A stretch of 60,271 nucleotides of DNA, filler included, from Platydemus manokwari (Eukaryota): the NCBI GenBank assembly GCA_037951405.1. It is 5 parts of 5 records of this genome, joined end to end, with 100 filler letters (N's around TTAATTAATTAA, not from the genome) between each part and the next. Parts side by side here need not be neighbours in the genome. Positions count along the whole stretch, not along the records: positions 37,018 to 50,653 come from JBBMOY011662513.1; 4 more parts are not named here. The stretch is one strand, 5' to 3'. Positions 37,565 through 49,799 of this stretch are shown here, piece by piece. The stretch's first letter is position 1, and the number at the start of each line of letters is the position of its first letter. A program made the position numbers and the translations under genes. A model generated the notes under the pieces. That model had not been told where the DNA came from. It did not search any database and saw nothing but the letters and a program-made list of their open reading frames with translations.

Positions 37565-40500
37565 TTCATTTCCATTTGCTTCGTAACCATAATCACTTAA
37601 AACTCTTGAAATCTTTCTAACATTCACAGCATCATTAAATGGAGTTGCATCACCAATTTCACCTCTGTTTGCACTAACTTTTCCTTGCAAACATTCAATT
37701 AAATGACCGACGGTCATACGACTAGGAATAGCATGGGGGTTGATAATAATATCCGGAGTGATTCCTTCGGAAGTAAATGGCATGTCTTCTTGACGATATC
37801 GGATCCCACAAGTACCTTTCTGACCATGCCTAGATGCAAATTTATCTCCAATTTGAGGTATTTTTGTCGTCCGAATTCGGATCTTACAGAATTTAGAGCC
37901 TTCACTATTAGTAGTTAACATAACCTTATCAACAATTCCTTGTTCAGTCTTTCTCATAAATAAGCTGCAATCACGTTTTTTGTATTTTGAATTACCCACC
38001 GTTTCACTAAAGTCATCCGTTATCGGTAAAGTGACCGTCTTTCCTAACAAAACATCGCCACCAGACACACGAATACCAGGCGAAATTATACCGTCAGAAT
38101 CTAATTTCGAATATTCTTCTTCTCGCATTCCTAGTGTTTCTTCTTTATTTGGTTTTTCAATTGTTTCGATAAATTCTGTTGAATTATTTCTACTTTCACT
38201 TTCATTAACAGTTCGATAAAATTCTGATCGGAAAAGTCCTCGTTCAACTGCTGATTCGTTGAGAATAACTGAATCTTCTTGATTGTAACCTGTATAAGAT
38301 GCAATAGCAACGATTGCATTAATTCCTGCAGGTAATTCTCTGAATCTCAGATATTCCATGGACCTTGTTGTTGTTAAAGGTTTCTGAGAATAATAGAGAA
38401 CATGAGCCAATGTGTCCATTCTTGTGTGAAAGTTGCTGATATACACACCCATAGCTTGTTTACCCATAGCAGATTGATAAGTGTTTCTCGGAGATTGATT
38501 GTGATCAGGAAAAGGAATGATACTGGCACAGACACCCAATATCATTGAAGGATGAATTTCACAATGAGTATGAGTCTTACAGTATTGAGAATTCTTTGTA
38601 ATATCGGCAGGTACCATAGCTATCATTGACGTCTCTTCCTCGAGTGTATCAATATATTCAACAACTCCATCTGATACTAATTCTTGCCATCCGTATCTTG
38701 TATGGGCTTTTTCTTTCAGCCGTTTAATATGTTCTTTCTTAATGGCAAATTTCCCATCATTCACAATAATCAAAGGTCTACAAATTCGACCACTGTCAGT
38801 GTAAATTTTGATTTCTTTACCCGAATAATCTCTTACTATACTGACTTCACTAACAACTACATCCATAGATCTTCTTAATTTTTTCAATGTGGCCATCAAT
38901 TGATCTGGATCTCGATGAATACCCACCCAACTTCCATTAATAAATATTTTTGTGGAGTTCGCTATCGCAGAGGGAGCAATTTCTTCCAAACTCTCCATAG
39001 ACCATTCTTCCAAAAATTCAATAATTGGATCACTTTTACTACCAACGGAAATATATGCCATCAAAGCTAGATTCTTAACCAAACCGACAGCGTGTCCTTC
39101 AGGTGTTTCTGCTGGACAAACCATACCCCATTGAGTATTGTGGAGTTGACGTGGTTTGGGAATTTTACCATCTCTACCACTGGGTGAATTTAGACGTCGT
39201 AGATGTGATAATGTTGATGCGAAAGTCAATCTGTTCAACACTTGAGACACACCTTTTCGAGTTTCGCTTGCTTTCTTTTGATCACCCCAATTTCCAGTAG
39301 CCAAACTATATTTCAAACCGTCTGTAATAACATTGCTTTTCAATGCCAAACCTGCCTTTAATTCGCGCGTTTTGTCAATTATTTTCAATGTATTGTTTTT
39401 CAACTCTTTCGCTAAATTTTTAAAAAATCCTTTGAACAAAAATGCCAACAGTGGTCCAGCTAAATCCAGTCGTTTGTGACCCATGTGATCTCTGTCATCC
39501 GGATTTCGTCTTTTCAATGCTGTTGATAATAATCGATTGACCATATAACCGAGAAAATATGCCTTTCTAGTGGATCGAAATTCTGTTGTTCCAATATGAG
39601 GCAACGTTTCTTTCGTTATGATATCTTTGGCGAATTTGATTCGTTGAGCAACAGGAATACCAGGTTTGACACCTCTTGAACCGATATAATTAAGTGCATG
39701 GTGTTCATCTTGAATGACAAATGCTTCATCTATTGATGGTTTGAGCATCTCATGCATGTCGGTATCATCTGGATCGTAAATTGTATGTTCAATAATATCT
39801 CGATCTGAAACAAATCCCATAGCGCGAAACAAAATTATAACTGGTATTTCTTGTTTCAAAAATGGCATTGTACAGAATATTTTAGGTCCTACCACTCTTT
39901 TTCCGGAACCACTTTTCGCCAATAAATTTACCCCTAAATTGCTAGCTGATCTGAAGCTATATTCCACCATAGATTTAACACTACACTTATATGAATACTT
40001 ATCCTTGGCTGGAAATACAAAGACAGTGTTATTGGCCATTCTTTCTTGTGCAATTATCACTTTTTCAGATCCATTGATAATAAAATATCCTCCTGGATCT
40101 AAAGGGCATTCATTTAATTGAGCCAAATCCACATCAGACATTTCAGAAAGTAAACAATAAGTTGAACGCAACATAATCGGTATTTTCCCAATACAAGTTC
40201 GATCTGTTGTCTCAGAAATTTCATCATCACTACGCATATTTTTTTGTGTAACATCAACGAAAACAGGAGCACAATATGTTAAATTACGTAACCTTGCATC
40301 ATTTGGCATCATTGGACTACCAGTACCATCTGACTCCCAATGGGTTGGTTTACTCAAATAAATTTGACCAAATGAGTACTCACATTTATTTGGTGTATCG
40401 CATCCGGATCCATACTGTGTCTCACCTTGTATTTCCAATTTAGGAAATTCTTCAACTATTCTTTGTATAGATGTCATTAAAAACTCATCGAAAGAGTCAA

Positions 40501-40650
40501 GCTGCTGTCGAACGAGACCCTTCTCTTCAAAGAAGCTGCTTATAACAGTCCAACTGGACTCCTGCCAAAACTCGGGAGTTATATCCTCATCCTCCATCTG
40601 AAATAAAATAATAATGATTATTATTATTACTAATAAAACATAAATACCAT
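37565..40650 (-). CDS. POLR2B: RNA polymerase II second-largest subunit RPB2 (3'-partial)
   Basis: [82 protein letters not shown]. Large exon 40597-37565 ends at donor GNE|gtaaat, so the ORF tail to 37451 is intron read-through. A probable ATG-only first coding exon lies at 40650-40648 with a 50-nt intron. C-terminal exons are absent before the gap. Confidence 0.98.
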
Positions 40651-41684
40651 AATAATAGCAAAATTATCGCAATATTATTGCAAAATCTTTTAAACAATGA
40701 AATACTTAAAACAAATACATAAATATACTTTTTATCGATCACTATAAAAATCACTATAAAATTAAAAAGGATTTTTAGTTTTTAACTATTGTAATTACTT
40801 TATTAAAAATAGATTATTATATATCTGAATGACTCCTATTCAAGAAGTGTATTATTATATAATTATTATGGAAGAATAAAATTCATATTATTTTCAAAGT
40901 ATTTAGATTGTTCTGATAATATGTAATCATATATGTTATGTAATATCTGTATTGAATTATATATATGCTAGAAAGGCTGCCTATGTTTAAAATGGATGGG
41001 ACCACATTTAATTAACACACAGAAAAATATGAAAAAGAATCATAACTTTATTCTTTTTCTGCCTCCTTCGTCAATCTGGATATTTCGTATGTTTATAATA
41101 TTTCTGTGCATCTCGTGTAGTTTATATTTTATTTAGCTGTACAAATAAAGTAGGATTTCTACTTAGTTGTATTAAAAACCGTATGACTTTATTTGAGTGT
41201 ATAAAAATTAAAATTAATACACTATTCTGGTGTATTAGAAATAATACATTTAAATTTTTAATGTCATGCAGCTCTTATTTGTGGTGTTCTATTTACAGGT
41301 TCTGGTGGGGCTGCAGCGTGACAAATAATTATTGTTGCAGTATTCAATTTATATAGCTTCAGACTTTTAGACAATTCAGCTAATTCCTTGGTAACTTCTT
41401 CCATTTACTGGTTAATGAAGCCCTCTGGGACAAATGTGAGCTAACATAAAATGTCCAATCACAACATATATTTTATAAGTTTCATTGCGAAATAACTTCG
41501 GAAAAAATGAAATGAATAAATAATATACTCGTTAGAAATTCCATCAAGATAAAATAATACATCCAGTAACATTAGGAAATGTAGTCAAAATAAAAACCAA
41601 ATAACCCCAAAACAATTCAGTAAATTAATATGTCAAGTAAAATTCCATACTCACCAACAGAAACAAAAAATCATAATGTACTAC

Positions 41685-42190
41685 AAATATTTATTCATAA
41701 ACATTGATAATCAAGATACGAAATCATTAAAATATTGGATGTACATGGTTCTTTCCTTCGATCTTTCCATGAATCACAGTTCCTTATTTCAACCATACAA
41801 TCAATTCTGACCTTCAAGTCGACGTAGTCTGAGATATCCTCTTCTCCTATTTTTAAAGTTGCCTCTGTTCCTGTCTTTTTTCCTGTGTGGAATCTCCATT
41901 GCAGAAAGCTAGCATTTATATTAGACTTTATGCAAGCAAGAGCTATTTTGTTAATTATTTTCTTAACCATCCCTAGTTTCTTTAGGACTGTATCATTGGC
42001 CTGTGTTTGCCAAGTTCCTAGATCCTTTACAACAAAAGTGAACAGTTTCACATTCCAGTCGGACCACTTCTTTTGATTATTTTTCAATATTCTTTATAGC
42101 TATTCCGGCCATTAAAGCAGATTCGTCCAAGCGGTATCTTATATCGATTAGGACGATTGTGGATATTCCTATCATTTATTAATTGAAGAT
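41685..42190 (-). mobile_element. RLE non-LTR retrotransposon (NeSL-like) 3' end, copy 1
   Basis: IVLID..., KLFTFVVKDLGTWQ..NDTVLKKLG (decayed VGALG endonuclease tail). Homologous to 45190-45705 including the 3' UTR ending aataaat. Confidence 0.8.
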
Positions 42191-42369
42191 GAAATTCACC
42201 GCGATTAAAAATAAGTGAAGAGATTATTTTTTTGGCAGTAATTGGAAAAGCGGTGAAAAATCAAAAGTATATATATTCTCCAACAAAGTTAGCAAGAGAC
42301 CCTTTATTTGTAAGAAGCTGTTATTAGCTAAGAAAAATTTGTCCAAATCATTGTTATTAACAGGAAGAA

Positions 42370-43640
42370 CTTGAATTTTTAATCCGACTGCCAAGCTCAA
42401 CCAATCAAAGTAAAAATCATTTAATATGCCCATTTATAACGTTTAAATTTCTCATTCTCCCAATTTACAAAACAATCAAAAGTAACACCAATACAATGAA
42501 GGTACACACAGATCTTACACATATCTGGAGGAGTGTGAAATCAAAATCACACGGTAATCATAGCATATAACTGTACTGTGTTGCTTATTAATATACTTTA
42601 TTGAGAAAAAACTCCACTCTGGTTTCATATTTTATTGGAGTATAAGCAAAAACAGTGGTTATCTGCTTACTACTTTTTAAATGAGTTATGAAATATGGCT
42701 AAATTATAATCTAAAAATATCCTCTATAAATACTGAAAAAGATAACATTTAAAATTCTTTATTAATATTCGAAATACAAAAATCAATCCAAAACACACAA
42801 AACCATTCTCTTGAAATTTCCAAGGTGTCTAGCTTGAAGAAAACGTCTGTAAATGAATCTTTTATCCTTTCAACATATGTATTTAAATGTTTTTTCATCA
42901 TAATCAGAATATTTGAAAGTTCAAAAAATTCATGCAATTTTTCCTCGGAATATGATTCTGAATTATTTAGAAATATAATTTCCTTTATTTTGTCGATTTT
43001 TTCTAGATCTTCGTTTATTATCTTTCTTCTTTTATCAAAAATATCAACATAATCACAAACCGAATCATATAAAGTTAACACTTTAAATTCACTCTGTACA
43101 CTGTCAGGGTTATCCCATGTTTTTCTAAAATTATCTAATTCATTCCAAGTTTCTTTAAAATTAATTACCACTTTTTTTAACTCTTGCAAATTTATCAATA
43201 TGTTCTTTGTAATAGAATTGCTACTCTCAAATATCTGATTAATGGAATCATTGTTCTTGCAATACAATGACTTTCCTGACTTTTCAATAATTGGAGTACT
43301 ATTACTAGAAGGGATAAAACTCATATTAGTTGAGTCATTAAGAGAGCAGTTCACCGATTTTCTACCTTTCTTAGGCATTTTGAAAAATATTTCTGAAAAA
43401 AAATAAAATCGTAAGCAAACATTATTTAAACACAATATCAATTTTTGAAATTTCGACTTCTATATTAAAATTAATTTTAAAAATAGATTTTGTAGATTGT
43501 TATTGCTCTCAAAAATTGATGATTTTCAATTAACGAAAACACAAGAAAAATAGTATTTAAATTTAACAATTAAAAATTGATCTAAATTTGTTCACTAATT
43601 TAATGGCGATAATTTTAAAATTATATAGATTGAAATCAAA
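42370..43640. repeat. Local direct duplication, copy A (partner ~47780-49710)
   Basis: ~42380-42640 matches ~47800-48045, and ~42695-43630 matches ~48770-49710. Copy B carries ~0.7 kb of extra sequence at ~48046-48765. Confidence 0.9.
42749..43378 (-). CDS. Uncharacterised 209-aa helical protein, paralogue A (possibly CINP-like)
   Basis: Intact intronless ORF from MPKKGRK (ATG 43378), the same length as the copy at 48825-49454. Basic NLS-like N-terminus and heptad-rich helical body. Confidence 0.75.
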   Translation of the reverse strand: MPKKGRKSVNCSLNDSTNMSFIPSSNSTPIIEKSGKSLYCKNNDSINQIFESSNSITKNILINLQELKKVVINFKETWNELDNFRKTWDNPDSVQSEFKVLTLYDSVCDYVDIFDKRRKIINEDLEKIDKIKEIIFLNNSESYSEEKLHEFFELSNILIMMKKHLNTYVERIKDSFTDVFFKLDTLEISREWFCVFWIDFCISNINKEF

Positions 43641-44339
43641 TGATACTTCTCTTGGCAACGGCAACTCTTTAATTTTTAGATAGGAAAGAGAATTAGTATG
43701 CAATAGATATATATGGTTTCCCATTTGTATGTGAACGGAAAAAAATTCATCTTGCAAATGTAAATTCATTTTGGTTTTATTATAAACCTATTTGAAATGA
43801 AGAAAAATTTGAAATGTTCTGCTGAGTTGGATTGGCACTCAACCTGATGCGTATTATAAAGTCTTTCAATTTTTTTTCGGACAATAATTTTCAAAAGATA
43901 TTGTGATAATATCTTGAATAAGAATAGCGCGTTTGAGTTAATCTCTTTGACTTGTGTATTAGGGGAACTTAATATCTTTTTCACTAGGAATTTTGAAATG
44001 ATATTATTCTTCATATATTGACTTTTTAATGCTATTTATTAACCTGTCAAAATACTGACTGGTTTTAAAAGAAATACGTCCCAGAGTTCAGATCTACAAT
44101 TAAAATTGTCTTTTCTAATTAGTAATATATATGTATTTTTATATTTCTAGTGTCATATCGTATCTAGCATTTTTCCCATTGAAGATTATTACTGTATTAC
44201 TCATTTAAATTTCTACAATATAGTTTCTTTCTGGATTCCTAATCTAAATTACATTTTAACTGATGCCCGTTTACATCTAGTTTTCACTCTGAATTTTTGT
44301 TTGGCACGATCAATTTCGCTCGTGCTTCAAACTAGTAGA

Positions 44340-45705
44340 CTCGTGAAGATCTTAAATTATTTAAAGCAAATTTCTGTTCAAATTTTCTACATATTGGTTG
44401 TGGACTACGAAGCATGACGGAGGAGTATAAAATTCAATCGATCACCCACGTATGTTATCTGTTAATGAGCAAACATGAAGTGATTAGGATGACGGCCATA
44501 CACTCTTTGTACAAAAGTACTGGATTGAATAACTAAGATGCAACAGTCGAGGAAGCATTAGAATGGGTCAATTCGCATATTCTACCAAATGAAATTAGCA
44601 AAACATGGTGGGGTAAAATAAGAGAGGGCATTAAATATGCCACAAAGAAAACATATACCACGATTTCTTTTATTATTATCAACGGTGAGATAACAAACCC
44701 TTACAATCACCGGTTTCCATTACGAAAGGAGTGCCATAGTGGAACCAAAGAAAATCAAAGAAACGTCAAACCTACTGAGACAATGTTATCAATTAAACTG
44801 AACTAATCAAATCAGAAATGGATGCTATAGAAGCTAATCAGAAGCTATTAATCCAATGTGGTCAAAATTAGTTTTTAGTGGGCACCTAACTATTGCTGAA
44901 TTCAGATTTATTCATAACGCAAGAACATACAACATTCCCACTCTGAATAAAAAGTACATGAGAAGAATGGCATGCAGAAAATGTTTATATGAAGTGAAAT
45001 GCCAAACACGCGTTTTCACCTGGTGCAAATCATCTCACTCTTTTGTACTCAATCGGCACGACAGAATTATGGATATAGTGACCAAGGAAATTTTTAACAA
45101 ACGGATTACAGAGTCTTTGTAGAATAAGAATGCCAATTCACAGAATCCAAAGTAAGGGTAGATATTCAATTAATCCACGTAGAAAAACCACGATCGTTCT
45201 AGTTGATGTAAAATGCCCCATGGACGAGCCCGCTTAAATGGCCGAAGTCACTCAAAAGAATATTGAAAAATACACAAACCTCCGAAATGCGATAAAAGCG
45301 GCCCAACTGCACTGTGGAACTGTTCACTTTTGTTGTAGGAGTCCTCGGAACTCTGCAAACGCAGACGAACAATATAGTCCTAAAGAAATTAGGGATAAAC
45401 AAGAAAATGATAAATAAAATAGCTCTTGCTTGCATAGTGTCTAATACAAAGGCGACCCATTTGGAATGGGAGTTCCATATAGGAAAGAGTACAGTAATAA
45501 AGACAGCTTTAAAAATAGGGAAAGAGGATATCCAAGACAACATTGACTGGATGGCGCAGACAGAATTAAATGAAATGTTGAATTGGTTGTATGATTGTAC
45601 TAGCGAACTGTGATTCATGGATCGATCGAAAGAAAGAACCATGTACATCCCATATTTTAATGTATGACTATCTCGAATTAATGTTTATGAATAAATATTA
45701 CTAGT
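44340..45705 (+). mobile_element. RLE non-LTR retrotransposon (NeSL-like) 3' part, copy 2
   Basis: CCHC-like CRKC...C, RHDRI, RVDIQL..IVLVDVKCP, NIEKY, ELFTFVVGVLG. This is the zinc knuckle plus PD-(D/E)xK restriction-like endonuclease, followed by a 3' UTR. Frameshifted. Confidence 0.85.
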
Positions 45706-45729
45706 ACTTCTGCTCTATTTCCTCCTCTT

Positions 45730-47720
45730 AACAATAATGCCATTGACATAATCGGATCCCGTTCGCTATCACAATGCGCAATGATTTTTTGTGTCTCTAC
45801 TTCGAAATAAAATTCCGCCACTTTTAGAGTCTTTGTGTTACTTCTTTGGCTTCTGTAGTGAGCATTAACTTATATATGCACAATGACATACAAAACAATT
45901 TGTGCAACTTCACTCCTCTTCTTGTAGTCTTTGTGGCTACTGTTTTCATTTTAGAACGTAGCCCATGGCGGGTTACTCATTTGCATCTGGTCACACGGAC
46001 TGTCACTGGTAAAGAGAATCCTTTTCTTTTCAACTGTAAATTGGTGGACATCACTTTTTCTACAGTGTACTGTACTTTGAATGTTAACTTTGGAGAATCT
46101 TTTTACTGGTTGTGGTAGCCGTTCTCCTACTTTGAATTTATGTGGTTTTGTCCTTTGGTCATATGCTTTTTATAGTTCTCTTGGATATATTTTCTTTGTA
46201 ATCCGGCTGTCTGCATTCTCTCCTGCAGCTCATTTTTATAATCCTCTTTGTCCATGTGTTGAGATGAGAGTTGAACATAATCCAAATCTGTGGGGATGTT
46301 ATTTTCTCTTAAGTACATTATATAGAACGGTGTCTCTTCGTCGTACAGTGTATTGTGTTTCTGTATGCATGTAGGCGCAATTCTTAAACTCTTTGATTAG
46401 TACTTGCGTATGAAGCTAACATATTTATTAATGTGTTATTGAATCGTTCTACTAGACCATCTGTTTGTGGTCTATATGGTGAGATATTCATCTTCATCAA
46501 ATGAAATAACTTGAAATTTTAGCAATTATACTGTTTAGGAAATCTTTACCTCTGTTAATATTTTCCTTGATGCTCTATATCTGTACACTATTTCTTCTAC
46601 AAATATTTGATTGTTCCAATCATCATTGTATGAAGAATTTTTTTCTTCCTCGTAAATAGTGTCAAAACTTCTTAACGACAAATGCTTATGCTTTTTTCTA
46701 TTGTGACAAAATTCTTTTCATGCTTTTAGCGCAGGCTATAGAAAAATTGCTTACTCATGTCTGGGTATCGTAATACAGGTTCTTTAGTTGAACACTCTTT
46801 TGGTGTTTCAAACGCTTTTTGCTTCTTATGTTCCCATTTGAAAGGTTTCATTATTTGAACCTTTTCTACTTCCTGCTCTGATATGATTTCATTTAATTTC
46901 TTCTTTGAAGCCTGTTTTTGCTTTTCGATTTTCTCCTTGTAGCCGATCCTATAATGTGTCTGATATTCCTGCATAATTTTTAATAAATCGTCTATAATAT
47001 CCGGTAAGTCTTCAGAATAATATATAACTAACAGCTTTGCTTATGTTTTAAATAATCATTTCTGGTTCTAGAAGTGACAATTTTCTCATTCTCATATCTG
47101 GGATGACTCTTTTTGTTTTCCCTTCAAAATTTGCTACTCTAATGGATATCTTCCCATTCTTGATTTGTACCACTTAGTAATGAACATTATATTCCTTAGT
47201 TATAGTTTGATAGGTGTACAGCATTGGTTGCGATCCTTGCAAGTCTGTTTGGACAAAACAAACTACTTCTGATCTTTTCCTATTACCACTATTTCTATTA
47301 CATAGGCTTCATCTTGTTTCCTTTTTCCTCGGTTTCTTTGCATTGCATTTAAGTTTCCGGTGTCTAAATCAAACACCACTCCGTTAATTTGTGCAAAGAT
47401 ATCCATTCCGATTAAGACCTCGTACGGACAATTATTCATTATTCTTAGTTCATTAGTGAACTTTATTCTCCAACTTGTACCTGGCATGAAATTTTTGACA
47501 TAAATGATATCTTTGTCTTGTAACTGCTCTAGACAAGCCTACTTCTGTAAGTGGCTCTAATTTTTTATTTGTTAACATTTCATAAGAGATGATCGATACA
47601 TCAACTCCTGACCCTATAATTGCTACCATCGCGTAGTCATTAACTTTTACCTTGATGAAAGATTTACTGTGATTTGCTTCATGTACCATGTTTATTCTAT
47701 TCTCTACCCTTGGTAATTCT
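45730..47720 (-). mobile_element. Degenerate, internally deleted Ty3/gypsy element
   Basis: Protease-like VAIIGSGVDVSII and YEVLIGMDIF; PFKW...AFE...PVLRYPDMSKQF; integrase SPYRPQTDGLVERFN. Boundaries approximate. Confidence 0.85.
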
Positions 47721-48824
47721 ATTCATAGTATTCCGCCATGAAATTCCTAAATTGCCAATTTTGTTTAAATTGTTGTTATTAACTGGACGAACTTAAATTT
47801 TCAATCAGATTACAAGCTCAACCAATCAAGATAAAAACCATTTGTTATTCCCATTTATAACGTTTAAATTTCTCATTCTCCCAATTTACAAAACACTGAA
47901 AAGGAACACCAATACAGTGAAGGTACACATAGATCTTACACATATTTGGAGGAGTGTGGCATCAAAATCACAAGGTAATCATTGCATATAATCATTAATA
48001 TATTTTATTGGGATAAAACTCCACTTTGGTTTCCTAATTTATTGTAGTTTTACATTTGATAATTTTATAATTGTAAATAGAATTTCACATAATTATCATA
48101 AATATTGTTTTAATCATTATCATCAGTCTCTATAGAAACTTAAAAATATTTTTTGAATTTTAAACAGTTATATTTGTCCAGTAATTTTGTGAATAATTGG
48201 CAATTAAAAACCGAGCGAAACATGAAAATCAAATACTTTTAAACGTGTTGTCAATAATGTGTTGATACGAGTGCCACCACTAAGTTTTCAAAATGTTACT
48301 GAGACACGAAATGAAGAAATGTCAAAGTTTATAAATAGCTAACCCGATGAAATTACTGAACGAACCACTGACAGTGATCTAGGATGCTAGTATTAAAATC
48401 GTAAATTACAATATTCACTTCACACATGAAATAAAATAAACCAAAAGCAATCGAAAAATCAGACTAAATATTATATTTAGTTGTACCAAATCGACGATTA
48501 AACTGAGATCTAACAAATGTATAAAACGAAACTCAACCATTATAACAGTTTTTGCTGGTGATATCTATTTAGCACGAATCCTGCTCCTTCGCGGTATTAG
48601 AACTCGTCTTGTGAACCCTTTACACTCAACGCTATTATTTATAACACCTATTTACGTGGTGTAATATGGGAATAAAAGTAGGCAAATAGTTATAGAACAA
48701 ATAAAATACTAACGATGTTAAATTTACAAAAAAGTTGACAACAGAAATCAAGCAAATGAATTTTGAATTATGGCTAAATTATAAACTAAAAAATATCCTC
48801 AATAAATACTGAAAAAGATAGCAT

Positions 48825-49454
48825 TTATAATTCTTTATTAATATTCGAAATACAAAAATCAATCCAAAACACACAAAACCATTCTCTTGACATTTCCAAG
48901 GTGTCTAGCTTGAAGAAAACGTCTCTAAACAAATCTTTTGTCCTTTCAACGTATGTATTTAAATGTTCTTTCATCATAATCAGAATATTTGAAAGTTCAA
49001 AAAATTCATGCAATTTTTCCTCGGAATATGATTCTGAATTATTTAGAAATATAATTTCCTTTATTTTGTCGATTTTTTCTAGATCTTCGTTTATTATCTT
49101 TCTTCTTTTATCAAAAATATCAACATAATCATAAATCGTTTGATGCAAACTTAAAAATTCTAAATCATTATGTATATCAACTAGGTTATTCCATGCTTTT
49201 CTAAAATTATCTAATTCATTCAAAGTTTCTTTAAAATTAATTATCGTCTTTTTTAACTCTTGCAAATTTATCGATATATTCTTTTTAATAGGATTATTAC
49301 TCTCAAATATCTGATTAATGGATTCATTGCTCTTGCTATAGAAAGATTTTCTTGACTTTTCAATAATTGGAGTACTATTATTAGAAGGGTTAAAACTCAT
49401 ATTAGTTGAATCATTAAGAGAGCAGTTCACCGATTTTCTACCTTTCTTAGGCAT
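48825..49454 (-). CDS. Uncharacterised 209-aa helical protein, paralogue B
   Basis: Intact ORF, colinear without indels with 42749-43378. Confidence 0.75.
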   Translation of the reverse strand: MPKKGRKSVNCSLNDSTNMSFNPSNNSTPIIEKSRKSFYSKSNESINQIFESNNPIKKNISINLQELKKTIINFKETLNELDNFRKAWNNLVDIHNDLEFLSLHQTIYDYVDIFDKRRKIINEDLEKIDKIKEIIFLNNSESYSEEKLHEFFELSNILIMMKEHLNTYVERTKDLFRDVFFKLDTLEMSREWFCVFWIDFCISNINKEL

Positions 49455-49799
49455 TTTAAAAAATGATTAAAAATCCTAAGTATATATTATTTAAACAATA
49501 TAGATTTTTGAAATTTTATATTAAAATTAATTTTAAAAATAGTTTTATAGATTATTATTGTTCTCATAATTTGAATTTTTTCAATTAATGATAACAACAG
49601 ATAAATAGTATTTTATAGAGGATTGACTATCTTTAACAAATAAAAATTGTTTCAAAATATTGATAATCGTTCAGTGATTTAAGGACTACAATTTTAAAAT
49701 TATATAAGTTAAAACATAAGTCGAGTCCATCAATATTTTTATTCAATATCAAAATCACACCGTTTGTTTTTAATATTCAAACAAATATCATTTTATTAT

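Noticed and set aside
37703-40121. Several antisense or alternate-frame ORFs over RPB2
   Set aside because: Shadow ORFs of a long coding exon with no independent motifs.
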